A DNA stretch of 64,000 nucleotides from Candidatus Azambacteria bacterium (GCA_016213445.1 JACRAJ010000001.1:206203-270202), one strand, 5' to 3'; positions 42,841 to 56,603 are shown, counted from the first letter of the stretch. Numbers and translations: made by a program. The notes: generated by a model not told the origin, from the letters alone.

Positions 42841-43593
42841 ATGGAAAAAAAAATTATCATCGCCAATTGGAAAATGAATCCCCAGAACGCCGAAGAAGCG
42901 TTGCGCATTGTCAAAGGAATCGCGGGACAGCGATTTTCAAACAATGTCGAATTGGTAATCGCGCCGCCGTTTATTTATCTTGATTTAATTAAAAAAAACT
43001 GCGGCAAAGAAATAAAATTAGCCGCCCAAAACGCCGGTTGGGCCGAGCGCGGCGCTTACACTGGGGAAATTTCAAGTTTGATGTTGAAAAATCTCAGTTG
43101 CGATTATGTAATCATCGGCCATTCGGAAAGGCGGTATAAAATGGGCGAGACCGAGGAAATGATAAATTTAAAAATAAAAGCAGTTTTTAAAACGGGTTTA
43201 ACGCCAATTTTAGCCGTCGGAGAAAAAGGGCAAAACGACGATATTATCGAAGCTTTGACTCGGCAGGTTAAAAGCGCTTTGGAAGGCAGTGGAGCGTCGG
43301 AAATTGGCCGGTTGATTGTCGCTTATGAGCCGGTTTGGGCCATTGGCACCGGACTATCCGACACGTCGGACCACGCGCTTTCGGCCGCTTTGCTTATAAG
43401 AAAAATCGTTGGCAACTTGTACGGTTCCGATTGGGCAAAAGATTTGCCGGTGCTTTACGGCGGGTCGGTTTCCGGCGATAACGCCCGCGATTTCATCGGC
43501 CAAAACGGCATAAACGGCGCTTTGGTCGGCGGCGCTTCGCTCGAGCTCGATAATTTTATAAAAATAATCAAAGCGGCGGGAACCAATGAATAA
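42841..43593 (+). CDS. tpiA: Triosephosphate isomerase
   Basis: IIANWKMN, IIGHSERR, AYEPVWAIGTG, GGASL. Confidence 0.96.
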   Translation: MEKKIIIANWKMNPQNAEEALRIVKGIAGQRFSNNVELVIAPPFIYLDLIKKNCGKEIKLAAQNAGWAERGAYTGEISSLMLKNLSCDYVIIGHSERRYKMGETEEMINLKIKAVFKTGLTPILAVGEKGQNDDIIEALTRQVKSALEGSGASEIGRLIVAYEPVWAIGTGLSDTSDHALSAALLIRKIVGNLYGSDWAKDLPVLYGGSVSGDNARDFIGQNGINGALVGGASLELDNFIKIIKAAGTNE

Positions 43594-44575
43594 GAAAATA
43601 ATTTACATAATTTTATTTTTAATCGCCGTTGTTTTTATTTCCGCTTTTATTTTTTGGCGGCAGATAAAAACGCCGCTCAATCCGGCGGGCGAGACTAAGA
43701 TTTTCAAAGTGGCGAAAGGGGATTCGGCGAAAACAATCTCTGAAAATCTTAAAAAATCCGGTTTGATTAAAAGCCCTTTTCTTTTCCGCTTGTATGTTTT
43801 TTTATCTTTAAACCAATATTATTTACAGCCCGGCGAATATGAACTTTCGCCCAAAATGCCGATTCGCGATATCGGCGACATGTTGGCCGCCGGCGGAACA
43901 AACGAAGTTGTCATCACTGTTCCGGAAGGCTTTAATTTAAAACAAATTGAAGATCGGCTGGTTGCGGCGGGTTTGGCGAAATCGGGCGATTTGGCGAATT
44001 ACAAGTTTTCCATGAGTGAGCCGCCGATTTTGGAAGACAAGCCGAAATCCGCTTCTCTCGAAGGCTATTTGTTTCCCGACACATATCGATTTTTTAAAGA
44101 TGCGGTTTTATCCGATGTCGTCGGTAAAATGGTTGGCAATTTTGACGGCAAATTAACTCCGGATTTGCGGGCGGCGATAAAAAATTCCGGCCATAGTTTT
44201 TACGAAATTTTAACAATGGCTTCTCTTGTGGAAAAAGAGATTTCAAAAGATTCGGATCGGCCGATTGTATCCGGCATATTATGGAAACGGCTTGATGCCG
44301 GCGTTCCTTTGCAAGTTGACGCGACTCTTGTTTATATCACCGGCCGCAATGAAATTTCATCGGCCGATAAAAAAATAAACTCGCCTTACAACACATATCT
44401 TTACCGCGGTTTGCCGAAATGCCCCATTGCCAACCCGGGACTATCCGCCATTAAAGCGGCGATCTTTCCGGAAGCGAGCCCGTACTGGTATTACCTTTCA
44501 TCAAAAGACGGCACAACTATTTTCTCCAAAACCTTGGAAGAACACAACCGCAACAAAGCGGCTTATTTGAAATGA
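43586..44575 (+). CDS. mltG: Endolytic murein transglycosylase MltG (YceG-like)
   Basis: N-terminal TM, LEGYLFPDTY, ILTMASLVEKE, YNTYLYRGLPKCPIANPG. Confidence 0.9.
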   Translation: MNKKIIYIILFLIAVVFISAFIFWRQIKTPLNPAGETKIFKVAKGDSAKTISENLKKSGLIKSPFLFRLYVFLSLNQYYLQPGEYELSPKMPIRDIGDMLAAGGTNEVVITVPEGFNLKQIEDRLVAAGLAKSGDLANYKFSMSEPPILEDKPKSASLEGYLFPDTYRFFKDAVLSDVVGKMVGNFDGKLTPDLRAAIKNSGHSFYEILTMASLVEKEISKDSDRPIVSGILWKRLDAGVPLQVDATLVYITGRNEISSADKKINSPYNTYLYRGLPKCPIANPGLSAIKAAIFPEASPYWYYLSSKDGTTIFSKTLEEHNRNKAAYLK

Positions 44576-44576
44576 A

Positions 44577-44675
44577 TCCCGTTAGAAATTTTATGTTATC
44601 AACGCAACAAGAATTGAGATTAGTAATTATTAATGCTGTTATAATTAAGAAAAAAACAGCAGATTTCTAACGGGA
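44577..44675 (+). promoter_or_regulatory. Intercistronic hairpin bridging the mltG stop to the ligA start codon
   Basis: 13-bp perfect stem TCCCGTTAGAAAT (44577-44589) / ATTTCTAACGGGA (44663-44675); last paired base is the A of the ligA ATG; inner hairpin GCTGTT...AACAGC. Confidence 0.6.
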
Positions 44676-46774
44676 TGAAAACATCTTTAACTAAAAACGA
44701 AGCGAAAGAAAGGATTGAAAAATTAAAGAAGGCGATAAATCGTTATCGCTATTCGCGATTGGTTTTAAATAAAGAGTTAATTTCTCCCGAAGCCGAAGAT
44801 GCTCTTAAAAAAGAGCTTTTCGATTTGGAAACCCAGTTTCCGGAATTGATCACCCTCGATTCGCCGACGCAAAGAATCGGCGGAAAGCCGCTTAAAAAAT
44901 TTCCCAAAATCCGCCATTTTACGCGCATGCTTTCTTTCAACGACGCCTTTTCGCAAGAAGATATGAAAGATTGGCGCGACAGAAATTTAAAACTATTGCC
45001 CCGCGGCGCCAAGATCGATTTTTACTGCGAACTGAAACTCGACGGTTTGGCAATCAGCATGGTTTACGAAAACGGCATTTTAAAAACCGGCGCGACGCGC
45101 GGCGACGGGCTTGTCGGTGAAGACGTCACTAACAACATCAAAACTATCGAAGCCATTCCTCTTTCCTTATTGCCCAAAGAAGAGGTTTTGGAAAATTTGG
45201 AGAAATTAAAGCTTTATCATATTGCCAATCATTTGAAAAAATCATGGCCGAAAACAATCGAAGCGCGAGGCGAGGTTTTTATGAATAAAAAAGATTTTGA
45301 AGCGCTCAATAGAGAGCAGGCCAAAAAGGGCCTTCAAGTTTACGCCAATCCCAGAAATGTGGCCGCGGGATCGATTCGCCAATTGGATCCGAAAATCACC
45401 GCCGCCCGCCGCCTTGATTCTTTCTCCTATATTTTAGTCACCGATCTCGGCCAAAAAACCCATGAGGAAGAACATTTAATTTTGCGCGCATTGGGTTTTA
45501 AAACCAATCCCAATAACAAACGACTCAATTCGCTTGATGAAGTTTTTGAATTTCGCGATTATTGGGCCAAACATCGCGACAAGTTGCCGTTTGAAATCGA
45601 CGGCATTGTGGTGATGGTAAATTCGGAAGAATATTTGAAGCGGCTTGGCGTTGTCGGCAAGGCGCCGCGGGGCGGAATCGCCTATAAATTTTCCGCCAAA
45701 GAATCGGAAACAATCGTTGAAGATATCATTGTCCAAATCGGCCGAACGGGCGTATTGACGCCGGTAGCAATTCTTAGGCCGGTTCAAATCGGCGGCGTTA
45801 CCGTAAGCCGCGCCACATTGCACAATGAAGACGAGATAAAGCGCTTGGGGCTGAAAATCGGCGACACGGTTATCGTCGGCCGGGCCGGCGACGTGATTCC
45901 CGACGTCGTGAAAGTTTTGAAAGAACTGCGAACCGGACGCGAAAAAAAATTTCATTTTCCAAAAGAATTTTGCGGCCAAAAAGTGATAAGAATTTCCGGA
46001 GAAGCGGCGCATAAAATCGCGCATCCGGAAAAATGCGAATTGGTAAATCGCCGGCGGCTTTATCATTTCGCTTCCAGAGCGGCTTTCGATATGGAAGGCG
46101 TCGGCCCGAAAATTATCGACGCGCTTATGGATAGTAATCTCATTTCCGACGCCGCCGATTTATTTAATTTGGAAGAAGGCGATCTCTTGCCGGTTGAACG
46201 TTTCGCTGAAAAATCAGCCAAAAACGTTATTGCCGCCATTAAAAAAAGCAAAATAATCGGTTTGTACAAGTTTATTTTCGCTTTGGGCATTGCGCGCATT
46301 GGCGAGGAAACGGCGGTTGATATAGGTAAAAAATTGATCGAACGCAAAACTATCAAAAGCCCGCAAAATGTTATTGAAGCCGCGGAGAGTTTTGAATTGG
46401 AAGATTGGCAAGCGATTCCCGATATCGGCCCCAAAACGGCTGAAAGCATTTTTGAATATTTCAAAAATAAAACTAATATCGCCTTCATTAAAAAACTTGA
46501 TGACGCCGGCATAAAAATAATTTCGCCGAAGATTGGCGCGGCCGCAACGAAGCTGAAAGGAAGAGTTTTTGTTTTAACAGGCGGTTTGGAAACCTTGACG
46601 CGGGAAGACGCTAAGAGCAAAATTAGGGCAGCGGGAGGCGACATATCTACGTCTGTCAGCCCGTCGGTTGACTATGTCGTGGCCGGATCCGAACCCGGAG
46701 AAAAATACGAAAAGGCGAAAAAATTGGGAGTGAAAATAATCAATGAAAAAGAATTTTTGAAAATGGTAAAATAA
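44675..46774 (+). CDS. ligA: NAD-dependent DNA ligase
   Basis: CELKLDG (adenylation Lys), OB fold, Zn finger, HhH repeats, C-terminal BRCT (VFVLTGGLETLTREDAK). Confidence 0.96.
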   Translation: MKTSLTKNEAKERIEKLKKAINRYRYSRLVLNKELISPEAEDALKKELFDLETQFPELITLDSPTQRIGGKPLKKFPKIRHFTRMLSFNDAFSQEDMKDWRDRNLKLLPRGAKIDFYCELKLDGLAISMVYENGILKTGATRGDGLVGEDVTNNIKTIEAIPLSLLPKEEVLENLEKLKLYHIANHLKKSWPKTIEARGEVFMNKKDFEALNREQAKKGLQVYANPRNVAAGSIRQLDPKITAARRLDSFSYILVTDLGQKTHEEEHLILRALGFKTNPNNKRLNSLDEVFEFRDYWAKHRDKLPFEIDGIVVMVNSEEYLKRLGVVGKAPRGGIAYKFSAKESETIVEDIIVQIGRTGVLTPVAILRPVQIGGVTVSRATLHNEDEIKRLGLKIGDTVIVGRAGDVIPDVVKVLKELRTGREKKFHFPKEFCGQKVIRISGEAAHKIAHPEKCELVNRRRLYHFASRAAFDMEGVGPKIIDALMDSNLISDAADLFNLEEGDLLPVERFAEKSAKNVIAAIKKSKIIGLYKFIFALGIARIGEETAVDIGKKLIERKTIKSPQNVIEAAESFELEDWQAIPDIGPKTAESIFEYFKNKTNIAFIKKLDDAGIKIISPKIGAAATKLKGRVFVLTGGLETLTREDAKSKIRAAGGDISTSVSPSVDYVVAGSEPGEKYEKAKKLGVKIINEKEFLKMVK

Positions 46775-46779
46775 AAAGT

Positions 46780-46920
46780 ATATTGCCAAATAATAATTTT
46801 CCGAAGCTTATGAAAGCGTTTTGGCATGGCTCCCCCGCAGGGGGACAAAACGCTTTCATCGGACAATGAGCCTCGCGCTGGCGAGGCGAATGCGCGAGGA
46901 AAATTATTATTTGGCAATAT
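46780..46920 (-). repeat. Family A structured intergenic element, copy 3 (inverted orientation)
   Basis: Perfect 21-bp outer stem ATATTGCCAAATAATAATTTT / AAAATTATTATTTGGCAATAT; same core as 40281-40425 but hp1 = GCCTCGC-CAGC-GCGAGGC and hp2 = TCCCCC-TGC-GGGGGA. Confidence 0.9.
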
Positions 46921-46928
46921 AACAATAT

Positions 46929-47225
46929 ATGTTAACAAAAAAAGAAGTTGAAAAAATCGCCGGATTGGCGAGGCTGGAATTGGCCGAAAAAGAAAAAGAA
47001 AAATTCGCCGAAGATTTGTCTTCGGTGATCGGTTATGTCCAAAAACTGTCGGAAGTGAATGTTGAAAAAGTTGAGCCGATGGCGGGCGGAACGAATTTGA
47101 AAAGCGTCGTGCGAAAAGACGATGAAACCAAATGTATTTCCGATCCCGAAATGAGGAAACAAATTTTAAGCGCCGCTCCGGATCGCGAAGGCGATTATTT
47201 TAAGGTTCCGTCGATATTGGAATGA
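46929..47225 (+). CDS. gatC: Asp/Glu-tRNA amidotransferase subunit C
   Basis: 98 aa, LTKKEVEKIAGLARLELAEKEKEKFAEDLSSVIGYVQKLSEV. Confidence 0.9.
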   Translation: MLTKKEVEKIAGLARLELAEKEKEKFAEDLSSVIGYVQKLSEVNVEKVEPMAGGTNLKSVVRKDDETKCISDPEMRKQILSAAPDREGDYFKVPSILE

Positions 47226-47228
47226 TTT

Positions 47229-47370
47229 GAAAATTTTTTAATATTCATCCTCACGCTTTTTTCATTTCCCCCAGCGCGGGAAATGAAAGGGTTCGCCCTC
47301 GCTCTTGCTTCGCAAACCGTGCCTGCTCGGGCTCACAACCCGCTTTGAGGATAAATATTAAAAAATTTTC
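47229..47370 (-). repeat. Family B structured intergenic element, copy 2 (inverted orientation)
   Basis: 25-bp outer stem GAAAATTTTTTAATATTCATCCTCA / TGAGGATAAATATTAAAAAATTTTC (one C-A mismatch); core matches 38961-39107 inverted; variable hairpin TTGC-GAA-GCAA. Confidence 0.85.
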
Positions 47371-47376
47371 CTAAAT

Positions 47377-48828
47377 ATGAATTTAAAAGAATTAACAATT
47401 AAAAAAGCTCACGAACTTCTTAAAAAACGGGAAGCGAGTTCGGTTGAATTGGTTGAGGCGCATTTTGACGAGATTAAAAAACGCGACGGCGATATTTGCG
47501 CCTTTTTATCTTTAGCTGAAAAAGAGGCGACGGAGGCGGCGAAAAAAGTGGATGGAAGAATTGCGAAAGGCGAGCCGATTGAATTGCTTGCCGGAATTCC
47601 GGCGGCGATTAAAGACAATATTTTAATTCGCGGAGCCAAAGCCACCGCGGCTTCGAAAATTCTTGAAAATTATATCGCGCCTTACGACGCGACCGTTATT
47701 AAAAAACTCAAAGAAGAAGAAGCGGTATTTTTGGGAAAAACGAACATGGACGAGTTTGCCATGGGTTCTTCAACCGAAAATTCCGCTTTCGGGCCGACAA
47801 AAAATCCGATTGATTTGGAAAGAGTGCCCGGCGGTTCTTCCGGCGGTTCGGCGGCGGCGGTTAAAGCCGGCTTTTGCGTTTACGCTTTAGGTTCCGATAC
47901 CGGCGGCTCGATTCGCCAGCCGGCGGGTTTTTGCGGCGTAGTGGGCTTTAAACCGACTTACGGCGCCGTTTCCCGCCACGGATTAATGGCAATGGCTTCT
48001 TCTTTGGATCAAATCGGGCCGATCGCCAAAAATGTTGACGACGCGGCCGCGGTTTTCGAGGCGATTCGCGGCGCCGACGCGCTGGATTCTACCAGCGTTG
48101 ATATGGAATGGCAGGATTATTGGAATGAACCGGTAGATATAGAAGAAATAAAAATCGGCGTGCCGCGGGAATATTTTATCCACGGCTTGAATCCGGAAAT
48201 AGAAAAAAATATAAAATTCGCCATTCGCGCGCTGGAAAAAGAAGGCGCGAAGATTGTGGAAATTTCTTTGCCGTACAGCGAATGGGCTTTGGCGACTTAT
48301 TATATTATTATGCCGGCGGAAGTTTCGGCCAATCTGGCTCGATTTGACGGCATAAAATACGGGCATTCGGCAATCGACAAAGAAGAAAAATTGCAAAATT
48401 TATTGAAGGTTTATAATAAAAGCAGGGGAGAAAGCTTTGGAGCCGAAGCGAGGCGGAGAATTATGCTCGGAACCTACATTCTTTCCGCCGGCTATTACGA
48501 TGCTTATTATTCTCGGGCTCAAAAAGTGCGCCGGCTGATTAAACAAGATTTTGATCGCGCTTTTAAAGAAGTAGATGCCATTATAACGCCAACTTCGCCG
48601 ACAACCGCTTTCAAGTTCGGGGAAAAAATGCAAGATCCCTTGTCTATGTATCTGGCCGACATCTATACTGTTTCAATAAATTTGGCCGGCATTCCCGCCA
48701 TTTCCATTCCCGTGAAAGAAGTAAATAATTTGCCGGTCGGGCTTCAATTAATCGGCAATAATTTTGATGATATTAAATTGCTTAAAATCGCCAAGGTGGT
48801 TGAGATATTAAATAAACAGAATTTATGA
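47377..48828 (+). CDS. gatA: Glutamyl-tRNA(Gln)/Asp-tRNA(Asn) amidotransferase subunit A
   Basis: Amidase signature GGSSGGSAAAV, GSDTGGSIRQPA. Confidence 0.96.
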   Translation: MNLKELTIKKAHELLKKREASSVELVEAHFDEIKKRDGDICAFLSLAEKEATEAAKKVDGRIAKGEPIELLAGIPAAIKDNILIRGAKATAASKILENYIAPYDATVIKKLKEEEAVFLGKTNMDEFAMGSSTENSAFGPTKNPIDLERVPGGSSGGSAAAVKAGFCVYALGSDTGGSIRQPAGFCGVVGFKPTYGAVSRHGLMAMASSLDQIGPIAKNVDDAAAVFEAIRGADALDSTSVDMEWQDYWNEPVDIEEIKIGVPREYFIHGLNPEIEKNIKFAIRALEKEGAKIVEISLPYSEWALATYYIIMPAEVSANLARFDGIKYGHSAIDKEEKLQNLLKVYNKSRGESFGAEARRRIMLGTYILSAGYYDAYYSRAQKVRRLIKQDFDRAFKEVDAIITPTSPTTAFKFGEKMQDPLSMYLADIYTVSINLAGIPAISIPVKEVNNLPVGLQLIGNNFDDIKLLKIAKVVEILNKQNL

Positions 48829-49358
48829 TCGAATACGCCGCGAATATATTAAACAACTGGCAATCTTATATTATAAAACTTGGCGGTTCCGAATGGATTT
48901 TCGGCCTCAAATTGCTTGGAGGTTTTTTAGTGCTTGTTTTTGGCGGTTTGGCCGCGCTTTTGATTATAAAAATGCAGATATTCGACAAGTGGTTTAAAAC
49001 CACCGGCAATTTTCTTTTGATTCAAAAATTTCCGAAAAGGCATTTGAATAAATCATGGCAAAAAATCGCAACGCGTTTAAGTAAAAATGATGAGGCTAAT
49101 TTGCGGCTGGCTTTAATAGAGGCCGACAATCTTTTCGACAATTTATTGAAGCAAATGGGACTTCCGGGGGAGTCGATGGCCGATCGGCTGAAACTTGTCA
49201 ATTCTTCCCAAATTGCCAATATTGACGCAATTTGGCGCGCTCATAAATTGAGAAACCAAATCGTGCACAGCGCCGATTATCATGTTGATAGAAACGAAAT
49301 CGAATTCAACGTTCAGGCCTACGAAAAGGCGCTGAAAGAATTGGAGTTTATCGATTAG
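48825..49358 (+). CDS. Hypothetical single-TM protein translationally coupled to gatA
   Basis: ATGA overlap with the gatA stop; TM LLGGFLVLVFGGLAALLII; helical C-terminal domain; no recognisable family. Confidence 0.55.
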   Translation: MIEYAANILNNWQSYIIKLGGSEWIFGLKLLGGFLVLVFGGLAALLIIKMQIFDKWFKTTGNFLLIQKFPKRHLNKSWQKIATRLSKNDEANLRLALIEADNLFDNLLKQMGLPGESMADRLKLVNSSQIANIDAIWRAHKLRNQIVHSADYHVDRNEIEFNVQAYEKALKELEFID

Positions 49359-49361
49359 ACA

Positions 49362-49508
49362 AAAAACAAAAACAAAATCATTTTCCTCGCGCGCTCGTCC
49401 CGCCAGCGCGGGACTCGCTGTCCGATGAAAGCATTTTAGTCCCGCTTTGCGGGACACCGCGCTATAACGCCTTCATAAGCTTCGGAAAATGATTTTGTTT
49501 TTGTTTTT
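49362..49508 (+). repeat. Family A structured intergenic element, copy 4 (most diverged)
   Basis: Perfect 23-bp outer stem AAAAACAAAAACAAAATCATTTT / AAAATGATTTTGTTTTTGTTTTT; hp1 GTCCCGC-CAGC-GCGGGAC, hp2 GTCCCGC-TTT-GCGGGAC; central stem keeps 11 of 14 pairs. Confidence 0.85.
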
Positions 49509-49531
49509 ATGACACTGTTGCAATTTTTCTG

Positions 49532-49607
49532 CGCGGTGGAAGGGATTCGAACCCTCGATCTCCTCCGTGACAGGGAGGCGCTTTAAACCGGGCTAAGCTA
49601 CCACCGC
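49532..49607 (-). tRNA. tRNA-Asp (anticodon GTC)
   Basis: GCGGTGGTAGCTTAGCCCGGTTTAAAGC, anticodon stem CCTCC/GGAGG with loop CTGTCAC, T-arm GAGGGTTCGAATCCCTT. Confidence 0.9.
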
Positions 49608-49622
49608 ATATTTTAAATTCTA

Positions 49623-49694
49623 TGCCAGGAGTGAGGATCGAACTCACGACCTCGGCCTTATGAAAGCCTCGCTCTACCACTGAGCTATCCTGGC
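49623..49694 (-). tRNA. tRNA with CAT anticodon, elongator type (Met, or Ile2 if lysidine-modified)
   Basis: GCCAGGATAGCTCAGTGGTAGAGC, anticodon loop TTCATAA, T-arm GTGAGTTCGATCCTCAC; lacks initiator features. Confidence 0.8.
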
Positions 49695-49809
49695 GCGCCG
49701 CTCTATCCGGGGAATTTTTTAATGCTCACTTCGTTCGCTAAGATTCTCATAAAAGCTCGCCTGCTCGCTTTTATCCACTTCGCTACATAGGCGCATTTAA
49801 ACGCGGTAT

Positions 49810-49838
49810 TTGCCATATTATCAGAAATAGTTTATATT
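49810..49838 (+). promoter_or_regulatory. sigma70-type promoter for initiator tRNA
   Basis: TTGCCA (49810-49815), 17-nt spacer, TATATT (49833-49838), 5 nt before the tRNA 5' end. Confidence 0.65.
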
Positions 49839-49843
49839 TTCAA

Positions 49844-49917
49844 TGCGGGGTAGAGCAGTCTGGTAGCTCGCAAGGCTCATAACCTTGAGGTCGTTGGTTC
49901 AAATCCAACCCCCGCAA
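49844..49917 (+). tRNA. Initiator tRNA-fMet (anticodon CAT)
   Basis: TGCGGGGTAGAGCAGTCTGGTAGCTCGCAAGGCTCATAACCTTGAGGTCGTTGGTTCAAATCCAACCCCCGCAA is close to the E. coli tRNA-fMet as I recall it; A11-U24 pair present; position 1-72 is U-A rather than C-A. Confidence 0.85.
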
Positions 49918-49922
49918 CAAAG

Positions 49923-49957
49923 GCCCCTTGCGAGTCAAAACGCAAGGGTTTTTTGTT
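49923..49957 (+). terminator. Rho-independent terminator after tRNA-fMet
   Basis: CCCTTGCG-AGTCAAAA-CGCAAGGG followed by TTTTTTG. Confidence 0.8.
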
Positions 49958-49984
49958 GCCTTTGTCTTACAATTTTGATATAAT
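49956..49984 (+). promoter_or_regulatory. sigma70 promoter placing the start site at ATG 49991 (leaderless small ORF-pheST operon)
   Basis: TTGCCT (49956-49961), 17-nt spacer, TATAAT (49979-49984), 6 nt, ATG 49991. Confidence 0.6.
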
Positions 49985-50166
49985 TTTCATATGCTTGCGG
50001 GGAATCGCTGGCCTTATCTGGCCGCTTTAATTTTAACGAATATTCTGGCCGGAATTTCTTTTTTTGGCATGGTTTTTTTCACCAATCCCGGAAGCGCCGG
50101 CGCATTTGGCGCCGTTGTTTTGGCCGCGAGTTTCATATTAATCTTAATCTGTTCGGCGGTTTTAAT

Positions 50167-51198
<1,032 letters not shown>

Positions 51199-51199
51199 A

Positions 51200-55215
<4,016 letters not shown>

Positions 55216-55262
55216 GGGCTTATAAATAAAAGCCCTCGGGCTTTTTAAAATTACCCAAATTT

Positions 55263-55451
55263 ATGTTGGAGCGGATAAAAAATTATTTTAAGGAAGTTAA
55301 GGTTGAAATGGCCAAAGTTAAGTGGCCGACGAAAAATCAGGCCGTTAATTATACTTTGACGGTTGTCGGCGCGTCTCTCGCGGCCGCGGCTTTTTTAGGC
55401 GCTTTGGACTATATTTTCAGCTTGGGTTTGAATTTCTTTTTGTTTAAATAA
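55263..55451 (+). CDS. secE: Preprotein translocase subunit SecE
   Basis: 62 aa, FKEVKVEMAKVKWPTKNQ then a single TM; conserved position before nusG. Confidence 0.9.
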   Translation: MLERIKNYFKEVKVEMAKVKWPTKNQAVNYTLTVVGASLAAAAFLGALDYIFSLGLNFFLFK

Positions 55452-55455
55452 GATG

Positions 55456-55533
55456 ATGTGGGCGGCCCCGCCATGAAGGCAGGGCGCTCATAAATTTAGC
55501 TAAAAATATTAATTTTTAGAAATTTATGGCGAA
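55456..55533 (+). repeat. 78-nt leader repeat, copy 1 (upstream of and into nusG)
   Basis: ATGTGGGCGGCCCCGCCATGAAGGCAGGGCGCTCATAAATTTAGCTAAAAATATTAATTTTTAGAAATTTATGGCGAA, 100% identical to 56078-56155. Confidence 0.95.
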
Positions 55534-56068
55534 ACAGCAATCACAAGGCAAAAATTGGTACGTGCTTCACACTTATTCCGGTTATGAAGACGCGGTGGCG
55601 CGCAATTTGAAGCAAAGAGTTGAATCCCTGGACATGCAGGACAAGATTTTTAACGTTTTGGTTCCAAAGGAAAAGAAAATAAAAATCAAGAACGGCAAAC
55701 GGCGGGTTATTGAAGAAAAAATTTATCCGGGTTACGTTTTGGTTGAAATGATTGTTTCCGATGATTCGTGGTATGTGGTGCGCAACACGCCTCGCGTTAC
55801 GGGATTTATCGGTTCCGGCACCATGCCGATTCCGGTGTCTTTGGAAGAAATGAAAGACTTGCAGAGGCGGATGGGCGGCACCGAATCGAAGTATAAGATT
55901 GAGTTTTCGGTTGGCGATCCGGTGAAAATTATCGACGGTCCATTCAAAGATTTTGACGGCAAAGTGAATGAAGTTGATGAAGAGCGCGGCAAGGTCAAGG
56001 TTATGATATCGATGTTTGGCCGGGAAACGGCGGTAGAACTTGACTCATTGCAGATTAAGAAGTTATAA
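55526..56068 (+). CDS. nusG: Transcription termination/antitermination factor NusG
   Basis: NWYVLHTYSGYEDAV (NGN), KOW motif GDPVKIIDGPFKDFDGKV. Confidence 0.96.
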   Translation: MAKQQSQGKNWYVLHTYSGYEDAVARNLKQRVESLDMQDKIFNVLVPKEKKIKIKNGKRRVIEEKIYPGYVLVEMIVSDDSWYVVRNTPRVTGFIGSGTMPIPVSLEEMKDLQRRMGGTESKYKIEFSVGDPVKIIDGPFKDFDGKVNEVDEERGKVKVMISMFGRETAVELDSLQIKKL

Positions 56069-56077
56069 GGATATGTA

Positions 56078-56155
56078 ATGTGGGCGGCCCCGCCATGAAG
56101 GCAGGGCGCTCATAAATTTAGCTAAAAATATTAATTTTTAGAAATTTATGGCGAA
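56078..56155 (+). repeat. 78-nt leader repeat, copy 2 (upstream of and into rplK)
   Basis: Identical to 55456-55533, including the ATG and the next 5 nt (ATGGCGAA); offset 622 nt. Confidence 0.95.
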
Positions 56156-56573
56156 GAAAATAAAAACAATCGTAAAAATTCAAATTCCAGCCGGGGCGGC
56201 GACAGCCCAGCCGCCGGTTGGCACCGCTTTGGGTCCGCATGGGCTGAATCTTGGCGAATTCGTCAGCAAATTCAATTCGGCCACAAGAGAAATGGCCGGC
56301 GATATTATTCCGGTTGAAGTGACGGTTTATGAAGACCGGACTTACGATATGAGATTCAAAACTTCTCCGGCGGCTTCGCTTTTGAAAAAAGCGGCCGGCA
56401 TTGAAAAGGGAAGTGGCAATCCGAAGAAACAGAAAGTCGGAAAAGTCAGCATGGCCCAGATTCGGGAAATCGCCGAAAAGAAAATGGTTGATTTAAATGC
56501 CAACGATATTTCAGCGGCGGAAAAAATCATCATGGGCGCCGCCCGAAGCATGGGTATCGAGGTTGTTAAATAA
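56148..56573 (+). CDS. rplK: 50S ribosomal protein L11
   Basis: [29 protein letters not shown], 141 aa. Confidence 0.97.
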   Translation: MAKKIKTIVKIQIPAGAATAQPPVGTALGPHGLNLGEFVSKFNSATREMAGDIIPVEVTVYEDRTYDMRFKTSPAASLLKKAAGIEKGSGNPKKQKVGKVSMAQIREIAEKKMVDLNANDISAAEKIIMGAARSMGIEVVK

Positions 56574-56603
56574 AAAAATCTGTTCTTTGGAGGAAGAAAA
56601 GAA

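Noticed and set aside
46780-46920. Family A/B elements as ordinary rho-independent terminators
   Set aside because: No U-tract follows the stems. They sit inside apparent operons (ligA-gatC-gatA, adk-map), and their interiors are conserved multi-hairpin cores rather than simple loops.
55216-55246. Alternative-hairpin attenuator downstream of the secE promoter (GGGCTT...AAGCCC versus AAGCC-CTCG-GGCTT + T-run)
   Set aside because: The predicted transcription start falls inside the first hairpin arm, so the anti-terminator could not form in secE transcripts. The stems are short, and this is more simply the weak terminator of gyrB.
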